A DNA stretch of 64,000 nucleotides from a virus (IMGVR_UViG_2974628062_000001:44794-108793), one strand, 5' to 3'; shown: positions 10,364 to 20,542, counted from the stretch's first letter. A program made the numbers and translations. The notes: generated from the letters alone by a model not told the origin.

Positions 10364-11176
10364 TTGATGTACAATAAAGAAACTAAGGATGAGATGGCTA
10401 GAGATATTATTCAGGGCCTGAAGTTTCGTGTACAGCCCAAGGGTTTCGACGCTAACAAGTTGTCCGAAATCCTTGAGGCTGCTTACATGCAGCAGAGGCG
10501 ACCTGACAAGCACACACAGAAGAAGACCTTTTCGCCAAGCACAATTGGTTATGGTCACGGCACCTGCCCACGATATTGGTTCCTTGCCTTTACAGGTGGA
10601 CCATATGTCGATGTGGTAGACGCTTTGGGCATTGCTAATATGTCTAATGGTACACAGGCTCATGAGCGCATCGAGAAGTTGTTTGATGACTCTGGTATCC
10701 GTCTCGGAAACGAGATTGAGATTACAATGACAGACCCGCCTGTGCGCGGGTTTGCTGACGTTGAAATTATGTGGGAAGGAGAAGAAGTCATTGGTGAAAT
10801 CAAGACCACTCGACAGGAAGCCTTCCTTGTACGTCAGTCTACAATGAAGCCTAGTGCCAATCACCTCTTCCAGATTCTCATTTATATGCGTGCAAGAAAG
10901 CGCAGGATTGGCTTCTTGCTCTATGAAAACAAGAATTCTCAGGAATTCCTTATCATTCCTATTGAAATGAATGAGACCAACTCTGCCATTCTAGACAAGG
11001 CTCTGGATTGGATGAGAGAGGTTTATAAGTCATATGAAGAGGGTCAGGTTCCTGAGCGTCCCCTGACACGACGTAGTAAGATTTGCAAGAGTTGCCCATT
11101 TTATGAATGGTGCTGGAGCGATGACTCTCCAGAGGGAATGGTTGAAATTCCTGTAATGGAGGTTCCAAAGATTTGA
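10364..11176 (+). CDS. PD-(D/E)XK nuclease, Cas4-like with 4Fe-4S cysteine cluster
   Basis: N-terminal C in GHGTCPRYWF and C-terminal CKSCPFYEWC cluster. Confidence 0.65.
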   Translation: MMYNKETKDEMARDIIQGLKFRVQPKGFDANKLSEILEAAYMQQRRPDKHTQKKTFSPSTIGYGHGTCPRYWFLAFTGGPYVDVVDALGIANMSNGTQAHERIEKLFDDSGIRLGNEIEITMTDPPVRGFADVEIMWEGEEVIGEIKTTRQEAFLVRQSTMKPSANHLFQILIYMRARKRRIGFLLYENKNSQEFLIIPIEMNETNSAILDKALDWMREVYKSYEEGQVPERPLTRRSKICKSCPFYEWCWSDDSPEGMVEIPVMEVPKI

Positions 11177-11457
11177 AAACATGTGCATACGCTGAGTGTG
11201 GCCAAGCATTTGAGGCAAAGACGCATAATCAGCGTTATTGCTCAGATGACTGCTGCCGTAAGGCAACCAACGCTCGGTTGATGGAGCAGTACTACGAAAA
11301 GAAGGCCAGAAGGCAGGGCCACATTCGTGTATGCAACACTCCCGACTGCAATACTCGTCTGAATAGATATAACGACAGTAATGTTTGTGGGAAGTGTGAA
11401 GCAGAACAGAAGGCTAAGGCTCGCTCTGAACTGCTGTTGACTTTTTCAGGAATTTAA
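11173..11457 (+). CDS. hypothetical zinc-ribbon protein
   Basis: multiple CxxC pairs. Confidence 0.4.
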   Translation: MKTCAYAECGQAFEAKTHNQRYCSDDCCRKATNARLMEQYYEKKARRQGHIRVCNTPDCNTRLNRYNDSNVCGKCEAEQKAKARSELLLTFSGI

Positions 11458-11463
11458 TCGCTA

Positions 11464-12051
11464 ATGGCACTAATCGACCTGAAGAGAACGAAAGCAAGCC
11501 GGGTTATGGGAATCGACTGTTCGACCCACTCACTTGCTTTCACTATCTTCTACAATAGAAGGCCCATTCAATGGGGAAAGATTATCTTTGAGGGTAACGA
11601 CGTTTTTGAACGTCTAGAGGATGCGGCAAATAAGTTGCGGGCAGTCAAGGATGAATTCAATGTTGACTACATCGCATTTGAGGCAGCAATCCTTGCCAAG
11701 ACAAAAAATGCAGACGTAACAATCAAACTCGCTATGGTGTACGGAGCCTGCATTGCAGAGCTTATGCGTAAGGGAGTAAAGGTTGTTACAGTTAAGCCGT
11801 TGTCCTGGCAGTCTTACATCGGTAATCCAAACTTCAAGGTGGCTGAAAAGAATGCCTTGAAGGCTGAATATCCTGGTAAGTCTGCTTCTTGGTACTCGTC
11901 TAAAATCAGAGAAATCAGGAAGCAGAGAACGATGGACTACTTCAATAAGAAGTGGCCCAAGATGGAACTTGAAGACAATGATGTTGGAGATTCCGCCGGG
12001 ATTGCTTACTATGCCTACTACATGCTGACCACTCGTGGTACAGTAGACTGA
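11464..12051 (+). CDS. RuvC-like Holliday junction resolvase
   Basis: MGIDCSTHSLAF N-terminal catalytic Asp motif. Confidence 0.7.
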   Translation: MALIDLKRTKASRVMGIDCSTHSLAFTIFYNRRPIQWGKIIFEGNDVFERLEDAANKLRAVKDEFNVDYIAFEAAILAKTKNADVTIKLAMVYGACIAELMRKGVKVVTVKPLSWQSYIGNPNFKVAEKNALKAEYPGKSASWYSSKIREIRKQRTMDYFNKKWPKMELEDNDVGDSAGIAYYAYYMLTTRGTVD

Positions 12052-12057
12052 TAGGCA

Positions 12058-12075
12058 GGGCTTCGGCCCAAGCTA
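12058..12075 (+). repeat. GC hairpin + AAGCTA variant motif
   Basis: gggc-ttcg-gccc then AAGCTA then GGAGG. Confidence 0.5.
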
Positions 12076-12084
12076 GGAGGTAAC

Positions 12085-12573
12085 ATGTGGGTTGGAATTA
12101 CGGGTCACAGGCCCGAACGACTTGAAGACCACGAGGATGCTGTAAAGGAGCTTATCTCAGAGGCCCTGCAACATTATGGAGCTACCAGACTTTTTCAGGG
12201 CATGGCTGCGGGGGTTGACCTGTGGTCCGCCAAGGAAGCATGGAAGCTCAAGATTCCTTACACAGCCTGCAAGCCTTGGGCTGGTCATACACCACGTCAA
12301 GGTGATATGATTGAATACACGAAAGTTATCCGACACGCGGACCAGGTTGTAGATGTGTCACCACATTTTGATTATCCTGGTCCATGGGTTTACGGAAAGC
12401 GAAATGAATTCATTGTAGATAGTGTAAGGGCCATGATTGCAGTCTGGGATGGACAGCCTTACGGAGGAACGTACCATTGCATTTCATATGCATGGAGCAA
12501 GTCCATTCCAGTTCTGAGAATTGACCCGGAGGAGCGAGAAATTGGGTATGTCTCGGAAGAGGTACCATTCTAA
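12085..12573 (+). CDS. SLOG-family YpsA-like (DUF1273-like) protein
   Basis: ITGHRPERL and GMAAGVDLWSAKEA match the YpsA pattern from memory. Confidence 0.55.
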   Translation: MWVGITGHRPERLEDHEDAVKELISEALQHYGATRLFQGMAAGVDLWSAKEAWKLKIPYTACKPWAGHTPRQGDMIEYTKVIRHADQVVDVSPHFDYPGPWVYGKRNEFIVDSVRAMIAVWDGQPYGGTYHCISYAWSKSIPVLRIDPEEREIGYVSEEVPF

Positions 12574-12700
12574 GAAATGGCTATACAAAAGGTACATTCT
12601 AGAAAATAAAACTGTTGAGGAAATGGCTGAAGAATGCGATGTTTCCAAAATGACAATTTCTAGATATCTAGAAACATTTAATATCACTAAGAAAAGGTAA
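12548..12700 (+). CDS. possible small HTH protein (overlaps end of previous gene)
   Basis: TVEEMAEECDVSKMTISRYLE helix-turn-helix-like; alternate frame. Confidence 0.25.
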   Translation: MSRKRYHSKKWLYKRYILENKTVEEMAEECDVSKMTISRYLETFNITKKR

Positions 12701-13324
12701 ATGAAGTATACAATCTTTAACGTGAGTAGCGAAAGGCAGCATTATATTGACATGATGTTGCCCAAGCTATCAGCATGGGAGCGAGCACAGACCTATGTTG
12801 TAGATGCCCGGATTCCAGAGGAGTTCGAAAAGGCAAGACAGCGATTCCCTTACGACATCAAGTTCAATGCTAGAATTGGTCACATGGGAATCTGGTATTC
12901 TGTGCTCACAGCGCTGGAGGATGCACCCATCGTAACCTTTGAAGATGATGCACTCCTTCATGACAGATTCATCAGAGAATTCGATGCACGTGTTGCTGAG
13001 CTTCCAGAAGATTTTGATTTCTTCTCTCTCTTCCTTCCAAGAGACAGCGACCACATGTACAGCAGCGAAAAGGCTGCGGGATGGTGTATCACCAGGACGT
13101 ATCAGAGATACGGCGGGGTTTCGATGTACTATTCTAAGCAGGGAGCTGAAAAGATTAAGGCTTTGCTTGAGAGAGATGGAATCACTGGTCAATATGACGA
13201 TACTCTATATGAGTATTCAAAGACTGGTGAACTGAACGGGTACTGTTCAAAGCCATCCATGCAAGACCTTGTGTTCATCACTGGTAGTGAGAACAGTTCC
13301 GTACAGGAAACAGATTACGTATGA
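12701..13324 (+). CDS. putative glycosyltransferase (GT25-like)
   Basis: ORF; weak family resemblance. Confidence 0.4.
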   Translation: MKYTIFNVSSERQHYIDMMLPKLSAWERAQTYVVDARIPEEFEKARQRFPYDIKFNARIGHMGIWYSVLTALEDAPIVTFEDDALLHDRFIREFDARVAELPEDFDFFSLFLPRDSDHMYSSEKAAGWCITRTYQRYGGVSMYYSKQGAEKIKALLERDGITGQYDDTLYEYSKTGELNGYCSKPSMQDLVFITGSENSSVQETDYV

Positions 13325-13971
13325 GAATGCTAATTATTGTGCCTACTAGAGGTAGGCCAGACAATGCCGCACGATTGTGGCAGGCTTTTATTGACACAGA
13401 CACTCAGGCCGATGTAGTGTTTTGTGCAGACAACGATGACCCATCATTGGCTGACTATGATTCATTGGATATTCCTCTATGGGTTGGTCCAAGAAAGAGA
13501 TTGGTCGGAACGCTAAACGATGTGTCCTCACATTTTGTAGATGACTTTGATATCATCGGCTTTCTTGGAGATGATACACTTCCCAAGGAAAAGAATTGGG
13601 ACAGTCAGATTGTTGACAGCTTCCGAAAGAACATGGTCGCCTATGGAAATGATGGTCATCAGGGTGAAGGTCTTCCAACCGGAGTATTTTTGGACAGCAA
13701 CATCATTAGAACTCTGGGGTACATGGTACCACCGACATTTATCCACTTGTTCGCAGACAATTACTGGAAGACGCTTGGCGAGGCTCTAGGCACGCTGACC
13801 TACCTACCAGACCTTGACATTGAGCATCTGCATCCGTATGCTGGTAAGGCACAGCATGACAAGACTTATGAGGAAGCAAATTCCGGGGCTGTTTGGGTAA
13901 ATGATGAGCTAGCATTCCACAACTATGTGGAAAACCAGCTCTCCCTTGATGTGGAGAAATTGAATGCCTAA
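13321..13971 (+). CDS. putative glycosyltransferase
   Basis: N-terminal IIVPTRGRPD motif. Confidence 0.4.
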   Translation: MRMLIIVPTRGRPDNAARLWQAFIDTDTQADVVFCADNDDPSLADYDSLDIPLWVGPRKRLVGTLNDVSSHFVDDFDIIGFLGDDTLPKEKNWDSQIVDSFRKNMVAYGNDGHQGEGLPTGVFLDSNIIRTLGYMVPPTFIHLFADNYWKTLGEALGTLTYLPDLDIEHLHPYAGKAQHDKTYEEANSGAVWVNDELAFHNYVENQLSLDVEKLNA

Positions 13972-14407
13972 CGTGTATACTGGAGGAACATTCGACTTGT
14001 TCCATGAAGGCCATGTAGAATTGCTCAGGTCTTGCAAGCGACTTGCTGGAGATGGTAAGGTTGTTGTTGCTCTGAACTCGGATGAATTTATCGCGCGGTT
14101 CAAAAACAATCCGCCAGTCCAGACTTTCCGTGAGCGTAAGACTGTGCTAGAGTCATGTCGTTACGTAGACCTTGTCATTGAAAATATTGGCGAGGAAGAT
14201 TCAAAGAAAACCATCTTTGAAGCATGTAAAATCCATATGATTGAGGTAATTGCTATTGGTTCAGATTGGGCTGGTCGAGATTACTATGGTCAAATGGGTT
14301 TTACCAAAGAATGGCTTGACCGTAATGACCTGATTCTGGTCTACATTGACAGAAGGACAGGAATGTCCACAACTAAGATTAAGGACAAGTTGAAGAATGG
14401 TTCCTGA
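13964..14407 (+). CDS. cytidylyltransferase (TagD/glycerol-3-phosphate cytidylyltransferase-like)
   Basis: GGTFDLFHEGHVELL HxGH nucleotidyltransferase motif. Confidence 0.7.
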   Translation: MPNVYTGGTFDLFHEGHVELLRSCKRLAGDGKVVVALNSDEFIARFKNNPPVQTFRERKTVLESCRYVDLVIENIGEEDSKKTIFEACKIHMIEVIAIGSDWAGRDYYGQMGFTKEWLDRNDLILVYIDRRTGMSTTKIKDKLKNGS

Positions 14408-14542
14408 AGACGGACGATACAAAGGTATCGAGATTCCAGGAATGGTAAAACTTCACTGGGAATCCAAGCCGGGTCGTTGGTGGAGAAAGGGCGTAGATAG
14501 CGTTCTAGACAGTGATATGTACAAGGACAACGCCGAAAAGGC

Positions 14543-15058
14543 ATGGATGTATGGAGATTTGGCAGAATGAAAGCGCTTGTATTTGTTGATACTGAGACTA
14601 CGGGCCTTGACCCTAAGACTGATAAGTTGGTAGAAGTTACCTATGCAGTCGAAATGGAAGAGCCTGTAACGCTGTACTTTGGGGTCAAGAAGGTTCCTGC
14701 CTTTATCGATGACCTGACAAAGTTTTCCGTTCGCAAGGTTTATGATGAGCCAGAGGCTACGGAAGAGCAGAAGGAAACATTCCGCGAGGCTCTGAGGAAT
14801 CAGACGATGGTTGCGGGTAACCCCAAGTTTGATGTAGGCTTCCTTGAAGCCAACGGATTGTACACGGCTCACTACCGGACACTTGATGTGCAGTCTTACG
14901 CTATGGCTAAGCTGAATCTTAGCTTTATGCCGAGCATGGCTGAAATCCACTTCGCACTTAGGGCGCGCGGCTTCAAGTTTACTGAGCCGGACCACTCTTC
15001 TCGCAATGACGTTCTGTTCATGCGAGAGGCATTCAACGTATTGAGGTATCAGATTTAA
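14543..15058 (+). CDS. DnaQ-like 3'-5' exonuclease
   Basis: VFVDTETTGLDP Exo I motif. Confidence 0.7.
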   Translation: MDVWRFGRMKALVFVDTETTGLDPKTDKLVEVTYAVEMEEPVTLYFGVKKVPAFIDDLTKFSVRKVYDEPEATEEQKETFREALRNQTMVAGNPKFDVGFLEANGLYTAHYRTLDVQSYAMAKLNLSFMPSMAEIHFALRARGFKFTEPDHSSRNDVLFMREAFNVLRYQI

Positions 15059-15609
15059 TGATTATCGGCTTGGCAGGATATGCTAGGTCAGGTAAGGATT
15101 CGGCAGCCGATGCTCTTGAGAGTGTCGGCTTTTGCCGTATTGCTTTCGCTGACAAGTTGAGAGAGTTTGTATATGCTCTCAATCCTGAGGTTGACGGAGG
15201 TCCAATGGGGGTATATCCTCTAAAGGAAATCATCGACCAGCACGGATGGGGAGGTTACAAGAACACGTATTGGGGAGATAGTATTCGAGAGCAGCTTCAG
15301 TTTATTGGAACTGACTGTGTGAGGAATATTCTAGGTCCAGATACCTGGGTTAACGCCACATTTAACGCCATCGACTTCAGCAAGGATTATGTCATCACTG
15401 ATGTCAGATTCCCCAATGAAGCGGAAGGTATTAGAGAAAAGGGCGGACGGGTTTACAGAGTGCTTCGTGAAGGTGTTGGCCCAGCCAACAGCCATTATTC
15501 AGAAGTAGCCCTAGACGATTTCTCATTTGATGATGTCATTTTGAACTATGGGACTCTAAGCGAATTCCATGAGACAGTAAGGAGCATGTTCCTTGAGGGT
15601 AGGAATTGA
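15058..15609 (+). CDS. deoxynucleoside monophosphate kinase (T4 gp1-like)
   Basis: P-loop GLAGYARSGKDS. Confidence 0.6.
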   Translation: MIIGLAGYARSGKDSAADALESVGFCRIAFADKLREFVYALNPEVDGGPMGVYPLKEIIDQHGWGGYKNTYWGDSIREQLQFIGTDCVRNILGPDTWVNATFNAIDFSKDYVITDVRFPNEAEGIREKGGRVYRVLREGVGPANSHYSEVALDDFSFDDVILNYGTLSEFHETVRSMFLEGRN

Positions 15610-16162
15610 CCTTGATGGTGTCTGCTACAATTTTGCAGACTCATTCATTCATTACATTAGCGGTATTGACCACAGCTACACGATTCCCAAGTATGATGGG
15701 GAAGTGGACAAGTGGCACTTTTATCGAGACTGGGGCATGACTGACGAAGAGTTCGTGAAGCACTGTCACAATGGTGCAGACGACATGATTATCTTCCGGC
15801 AGGGCGGTCAGCGAGATAATGCAGCGGAGGCCATCGATTTTATGAGGGCCTTCGGCAACACCATCCACATCGTGACTGACCGTTCCTTTGGGAGCACTCC
15901 TGAGTCATCTGAGGAGAACACTAAGTGGTGGCTCTTCAGTCATGGTATTCACTATGATACACTGACCTTCTCGGCAGATAAGACCTGTGTTCCTACCGAT
16001 GTCTTCATTGAGGACAAGTTGGAGAACTACGATGCACTTGTTGCGGCGGGTGTTGACTGCTATCTTGTAGACAGGCCATGGAATCAGGACGACACCAAGT
16101 ATCGTAAGCGGGTTCGAAGCATTCAGCAATTCGCTACTCTGGTCGGATGTATGTCTATTTGA
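15593..16162 (+). CDS. 5'(3')-deoxyribonucleotidase, HAD family
   Basis: GIDLDGVCYNF DxDG motif. Confidence 0.65.
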   Translation: MRVGIDLDGVCYNFADSFIHYISGIDHSYTIPKYDGEVDKWHFYRDWGMTDEEFVKHCHNGADDMIIFRQGGQRDNAAEAIDFMRAFGNTIHIVTDRSFGSTPESSEENTKWWLFSHGIHYDTLTFSADKTCVPTDVFIEDKLENYDALVAAGVDCYLVDRPWNQDDTKYRKRVRSIQQFATLVGCMSI

Positions 16163-16205
16163 CTTTTTCAGTCAACCAGAATACAATTGACCTAGAAAGG
16201 AAATT

Positions 16206-16382
16206 ATGCCAATTTATACATACTGGTGTCAGTGCTGTGACAATGACCAAGAGAAATTGATTCCCATCGCGCAACGTGATGAACAGAAGTGCGATGAATG
16301 TGGTAACCGACTCATCCGAGCCATTGATAGGCCAGGAGCAGTTTGGGCACCCACTAGCACAGGTGGAGGTATGAAGGTATAA
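16206..16382 (+). CDS. FmdB-like zinc-ribbon protein
   Basis: YWCQCC..CDECG; RBS GAAAGGA; below 60 aa so absent from track. Confidence 0.45.
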   Translation: MPIYTYWCQCCDNDQEKLIPIAQRDEQKCDECGNRLIRAIDRPGAVWAPTSTGGGMKV

Positions 16383-16690
16383 TGGCACCAAGGGCAAAGA
16401 GCGCTGCCAATCCAGATTCATGGTGGCAGGGCGCGTATCAGAATCATGCGACAATTGAAGCCTCATTCGAATATGAGTTCAATGGAGATACGATGGTTCC
16501 TGGTACGAAATTCAAGGTAAAGTACCATAGGGGTGAATTTAAGTTCCGTTGTCTTGCGACCAACACCGTGACTGGAAAGACATGGGTTGATTGTATTGAA
16601 GTAGGTTCTGCATTCCGGTCCTTCTATCCAGAAGCGATTAAGGGTGTAGTCAAGCCTAAGACAAGGCGACGACGAACTAAGAAGGCATGA
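16382..16690 (+). CDS. hypothetical protein
   Basis: ORF track. Confidence 0.4.
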   Translation: MAPRAKSAANPDSWWQGAYQNHATIEASFEYEFNGDTMVPGTKFKVKYHRGEFKFRCLATNTVTGKTWVDCIEVGSAFRSFYPEAIKGVVKPKTRRRRTKKA

Positions 16691-16905
16691 GACGTTTTAA
16701 CCTAGTAAGAAATGAAGATGAGTCCGGTGTCTCTGGCACCGGAACCGTCGCACAGGGAATTCAGTTTGACACTGGACGCTGTGCTATGGCGTGGCTAACA
16801 AATATTTCCAGCATTGCTATTTATGACAGCATTGAAGATTTGGTGAAGATTCATGGCCACGGCGGTAAGACTGTGATTGACTGGATTGACACTGTAAATG
16901 GCTAA
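16687..16905 (+). CDS. hypothetical protein
   Basis: ORF track. Confidence 0.35.
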   Translation: MRRFNLVRNEDESGVSGTGTVAQGIQFDTGRCAMAWLTNISSIAIYDSIEDLVKIHGHGGKTVIDWIDTVNG

Positions 16906-17440
16906 GGAAATCGAACTACTCGACAGATACGAGCAAATTAATGCCGTAGCCCAGATGTATATCAAGGGCACCACGAACCCAACTACTATTGCTAAGGAGT
17001 TGGGTATTAAGCGTGCAGAGGCTCTTGACCTCATTGAAGAGTGGCGAGACATCGCCAAGAGTAATGATGACATTCGTGAGCAGGCTTCGGAGGCTTTGCA
17101 GGCGGGTATTCAGCACTATTCAATGATTATTGAGCGCTTCTGGGAAACTGTTGAGCAGGCCGATACCGGAAACGATTACAAGACAAAGAATGCGGTACTG
17201 AAGAACATCGCTGATGTTGAAGCAAAGAAGATTGATATGCTTCAAAAGGCCGGGCTATATGATGATGCCTCCCTCGGTGATGAACTAGCAGAAATGGAAG
17301 AGAAGCAGGCTATCCTTGTAGCTATCCTTAAGGAAGTTACAAGTAACTGTGACCATTGTAAGTTTGAAGTCGCTCGTCGCCTGGCAAAGGTGACGGGTAA
17401 GACCGAACCAGTAACTATTGCTGGGGAGGTAGGCGAATAA
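16898..17440 (+). CDS. possible terminase small subunit (HTH protein upstream of terminase large subunit)
   Basis: position plus HTH-like TTIAKELGIKRAEAL. Confidence 0.3.
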   Translation: MAKEIELLDRYEQINAVAQMYIKGTTNPTTIAKELGIKRAEALDLIEEWRDIAKSNDDIREQASEALQAGIQHYSMIIERFWETVEQADTGNDYKTKNAVLKNIADVEAKKIDMLQKAGLYDDASLGDELAEMEEKQAILVAILKEVTSNCDHCKFEVARRLAKVTGKTEPVTIAGEVGE

Positions 17441-17479
17441 TACCCTGCCGCGAAAGCGGTGGGGTTATTCGTGTTTCTC

Positions 17480-19291
17480 ATGAATCTAGATTTTAATGAC
17501 CTACTGAACATGCTTGATGGAGAGGACTTTGAAGAGCGTCCTGTGTCCATTGAGGAATTCGTGCAGTCGGAAGACTATTTGAATCTTCCTACCCTGTCCG
17601 AGAATCAGTACAAGCTTATCAAGGCAAGCAGTCAGATTTACAAGAAGACAACTCTTATTGCTCTATATGGAGAGCTTGAGGCTGAGAAGCGATTTGCAGA
17701 AACAATGAATGAGGTTATCTTCCAGCTCGGAAAGGGTTCTGGTAAGGGTTATACTTCATCTATTGCTTGTGCATACATCGTGTACCTGCTGATGTGTCTA
17801 AAGGACCCGGCCAAGTATTATGGCAAGCCACCTGGTGACCACATCGCAATTCTGAACATCGCTATTAACGCTGCGCAGGCTCAGAACGTCTTCTTCAAGT
17901 ACTTCAAGCAGCGCATCACATCAAGCCCGTGGTTCGCAGGTAAGTACACAGAGAAGGCTGGAGAATTCCAGTTCGATAAGAACGTGTTCGTTTACTCTGG
18001 CCACTCCGAGCGTGAGGCTTGGGAGGGTTATAACGTAATCTTCGTTATTCTTGACGAGATTTCAGGTTTCGCTCTTGATTCAACTTCTGGAAATGAGCAG
18101 GCAAAGACGGCTTCCGCAGTTTACAAGATGTACAAGCAGTCTGTGACTTCTCGATTCCCTGAATTCGGGAAGGTAGTTCTTCTGTCGTTCCCCCGTTTCA
18201 AGAATGACTTCATTCAGCAGCGCTATGCAGATGTTATTGCTGAGAAGGAGACTATTACCAGAAGCTATCGTTTCAAGGTAAACCCTGACCTTCCTGACAA
18301 CACGGAAGGAAATGAATTCGATATTGAGTGGGAAGAAGACCACATCATTTCATATCGAATTCCAAAGGTGTTCGCCCTCAAGCGACCAACGTGGGAAATC
18401 AACCCGCTCATCAAGCTTGACGATTTGATGGCGGCGTTCTATGATGACCCGATTGACTCGCTGTCTCGTTTCGCCTGTATGCCACCTGACGCCATCGACG
18501 CGTTCTTCAAGGACCGTGCCAAGATTGAGTCAGCCTTTTCCTCACAGTCTTCCCTAAAGGAGGACAACAGCTTCCGCCCAGACTTTATCCCGAACCCTGA
18601 GAAAAGGTACTACGTCCACGTAGACCTTGCTCGTGTGCACGACCATGCGGCGGTTGCTCTGGCTCACGTGGAAAAGTGGGAACAGAGAAATATCGGCGGC
18701 AACTTGACAGAGCCAGCACCCGTAGTTATCGTGGACCAGGTTCGTTACTGGACACCTAGCAAGACGAAGAACGTAGACTTTACAGAGATTCGTGAATATA
18801 TCCTGAGCCTGAAGAGGCGCGGGTTCAATATTCGTCTCGTTACGTTTGACCGCTGGGAGTCTGCTGACACCATGCAGTACCTCAACGACCGTGGTCTAAG
18901 AGCAGAACGTCTGTCTGTGGCAAAGAAGCACTACGAAGACTTTGCGATGGTTATTGCTGAGCAGAGAGTAGTAGGACCAAAGATTGAGCTATTGATTGAA
19001 GAACTCTTGCAGCTTCGTATCATGAATAATGACAAGGTTGACCACCCTAGAAAGGGAAGTAAGGACTTGTCTGATGCTGTTTGTGGAGCTATCTTCAATG
19101 CAATTGCACATACTCCTAGAAACCTTGACGAAACAATTGAGGTCAAGACACTAGAGTCTGTACATAGAGAAGTCCGACAGAACAAGTTGGATGAATACGA
19201 GCAGGCAAAGGCAGATGGGGTTATTAGGGCACCTAGGCGACAGATGCCGCAGGAGCTTGAAGATTTTCTTGCCAGAATCTCCACCATCTGA
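17480..19291 (+). CDS. terminase large subunit
   Basis: Walker A GKGSGKGYTS; C-terminal RNaseH-like nuclease DLARVHDHAAVAL; ATG at 17480 within GTG-started track ORF. Confidence 0.65.
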   Translation: MNLDFNDLLNMLDGEDFEERPVSIEEFVQSEDYLNLPTLSENQYKLIKASSQIYKKTTLIALYGELEAEKRFAETMNEVIFQLGKGSGKGYTSSIACAYIVYLLMCLKDPAKYYGKPPGDHIAILNIAINAAQAQNVFFKYFKQRITSSPWFAGKYTEKAGEFQFDKNVFVYSGHSEREAWEGYNVIFVILDEISGFALDSTSGNEQAKTASAVYKMYKQSVTSRFPEFGKVVLLSFPRFKNDFIQQRYADVIAEKETITRSYRFKVNPDLPDNTEGNEFDIEWEEDHIISYRIPKVFALKRPTWEINPLIKLDDLMAAFYDDPIDSLSRFACMPPDAIDAFFKDRAKIESAFSSQSSLKEDNSFRPDFIPNPEKRYYVHVDLARVHDHAAVALAHVEKWEQRNIGGNLTEPAPVVIVDQVRYWTPSKTKNVDFTEIREYILSLKRRGFNIRLVTFDRWESADTMQYLNDRGLRAERLSVAKKHYEDFAMVIAEQRVVGPKIELLIEELLQLRIMNNDKVDHPRKGSKDLSDAVCGAIFNAIAHTPRNLDETIEVKTLESVHREVRQNKLDEYEQAKADGVIRAPRRQMPQELEDFLARISTI

Positions 19292-19355
19292 GGCTTGACA
19301 CGGGACGTAGGTCCCGTTAGACTAGAAAAAGATTAAAACAATTAGTAGCAAAGAG

Positions 19356-19598
19356 ATGAAGATTAGTCTAGTAGATTCTAATGAAGTATGTAAGTGTGTA
19401 GGGAAGCACATCCCGAAGCCAACCAAGCTCTACCGAATTGATTATTCGGGCGGGTTTATCTTCGTGTGTCCTACAGCCTACTTGAATCTGGTATCCTTGG
19501 AAGAAGAGTACGTGAAGCATGATGGTCTTCCGCCGGGTTCAGTAAGAAAGCACTTCTCAGAATTTACTCATGAACTGTACAGGCTCTTGACCAAGTAG
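19356..19598 (+). CDS. hypothetical protein
   Basis: ORF track. Confidence 0.4.
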   Translation: MKISLVDSNEVCKCVGKHIPKPTKLYRIDYSGGFIFVCPTAYLNLVSLEEEYVKHDGLPPGSVRKHFSEFTHELYRLLTK

Positions 19599-19664
19599 TT
19601 GCAGAGCCCAGAAGCTTGTGGTAGACTAAGAACATCGGGTTGGCCACTCGTTAACATGGCTATT

Positions 19665-19737
19665 GTGGGTATAGGAAAGTTTGGTAATCCGCTTGCTTTG
19701 GGAGCAAGAGACCGCAGGTTCGAATCCTGTTGCCCGC
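19665..19737 (+). tRNA. tRNA-like, anticodon loop UGG (Pro-like), weak D arm
   Basis: acceptor gtgggta/tgcccgc with 2 G-U; anticodon stem cttgc/gcaag; T-loop GGTTCGAATCC. Confidence 0.4.
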
Positions 19738-19812
19738 ACGTGAGGTTAGAGTTTCGCCCTCTCCAGGGAAAGAGCACAGCATCCGTAAGGGCTGGAGGAA
19801 AAACTCACTAAT

Positions 19813-19887
19813 CGGGATGTAGCTCAGCTTGGTCAGAGCGCGCGGTTTGGGACCGTGAAGTCGTAGGTTCGAATCCTATCATCCCGA
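19813..19887 (+). tRNA. tRNA-Pro(UGG)
   Basis: C1-G72; acceptor cgggatg/catcccg; anticodon loop tttggga; T-loop TTCGAAT. Confidence 0.8.
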
Positions 19888-19922
19888 CTTCCTGAATAAA
19901 ATGCCATGCAAAGGAAAGTCAA

Positions 19923-20441
19923 ATGAATGACATAATGACACGTGAGGAAATCATCCTTGCGATTGAGGCTAGAGACGGTTTAGACTGTTTCTTGTGTAAG
20001 GAACCTTTCTCAAAGGATGTAAACAGTCCCTTGTTTGAGGTAACTATTGACCACTGGTACCCACAGTCTATTGCTTTTGCAGAGGGTTGGACGTATGATG
20101 AGGTCAATGCACTCTCGAACTTGAGAAAGGCACACAGACCTTGTAACGCAAATAAGGGTGACCTGATTCCTAACCCTGATGGTACTCTTCCACAGAGGCC
20201 AGTCAAGGAAAGGACAATCAGACTCCCGCGTCCAATGTCATGTGATACCTGCATGAATGGTAGGATTCTTCTTCTTGGAGAAATTTGCCCAGACTGTAAT
20301 TCTGGACCACAACCCAGAGCATTCCCTAAGACTCTTCAGAAGACTCCAAAGGAATGTGACCACAGTAGCTATCACTGTTGGATGTGCGTCATCGGCCACA
20401 TCCCACGAAAGTCTGCACTCCAGACGATAATTACTGGATGA
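19923..20441 (+). CDS. HNH endonuclease
   Basis: IDHWYPQS..NLRKAHRPCNANKGD HNH motif. Confidence 0.7.
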   Translation: MNDIMTREEIILAIEARDGLDCFLCKEPFSKDVNSPLFEVTIDHWYPQSIAFAEGWTYDEVNALSNLRKAHRPCNANKGDLIPNPDGTLPQRPVKERTIRLPRPMSCDTCMNGRILLLGEICPDCNSGPQPRAFPKTLQKTPKECDHSSYHCWMCVIGHIPRKSALQTIITG

Positions 20442-20442
20442 C

Positions 20443-20471
20443 TTGACACCCCAGTCGTCAGGTGGTAAGGT
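20443..20471 (+). promoter_or_regulatory. sigma-70-like promoter
   Basis: TTGACA-17-TAAGGT. Confidence 0.45.
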
Positions 20472-20542
20472 AGTAACACGCCCTCAGGAACCGGCGATAA
20501 TGTTCCTCGCAGTTACATCTCTGCGACAGCAAAAGATGGCTA

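Noticed and set aside
17459-17479. GTG start proposed by the ORF track for terminase
   Set aside because: No SD. ATG at 17480 in the same frame is preferred, though both are uncertain.
19599-19811. 70-aa + ORF spanning the first two tRNAs
   Set aside because: Overlaps two tRNA structures; read-through of tRNA sequence.
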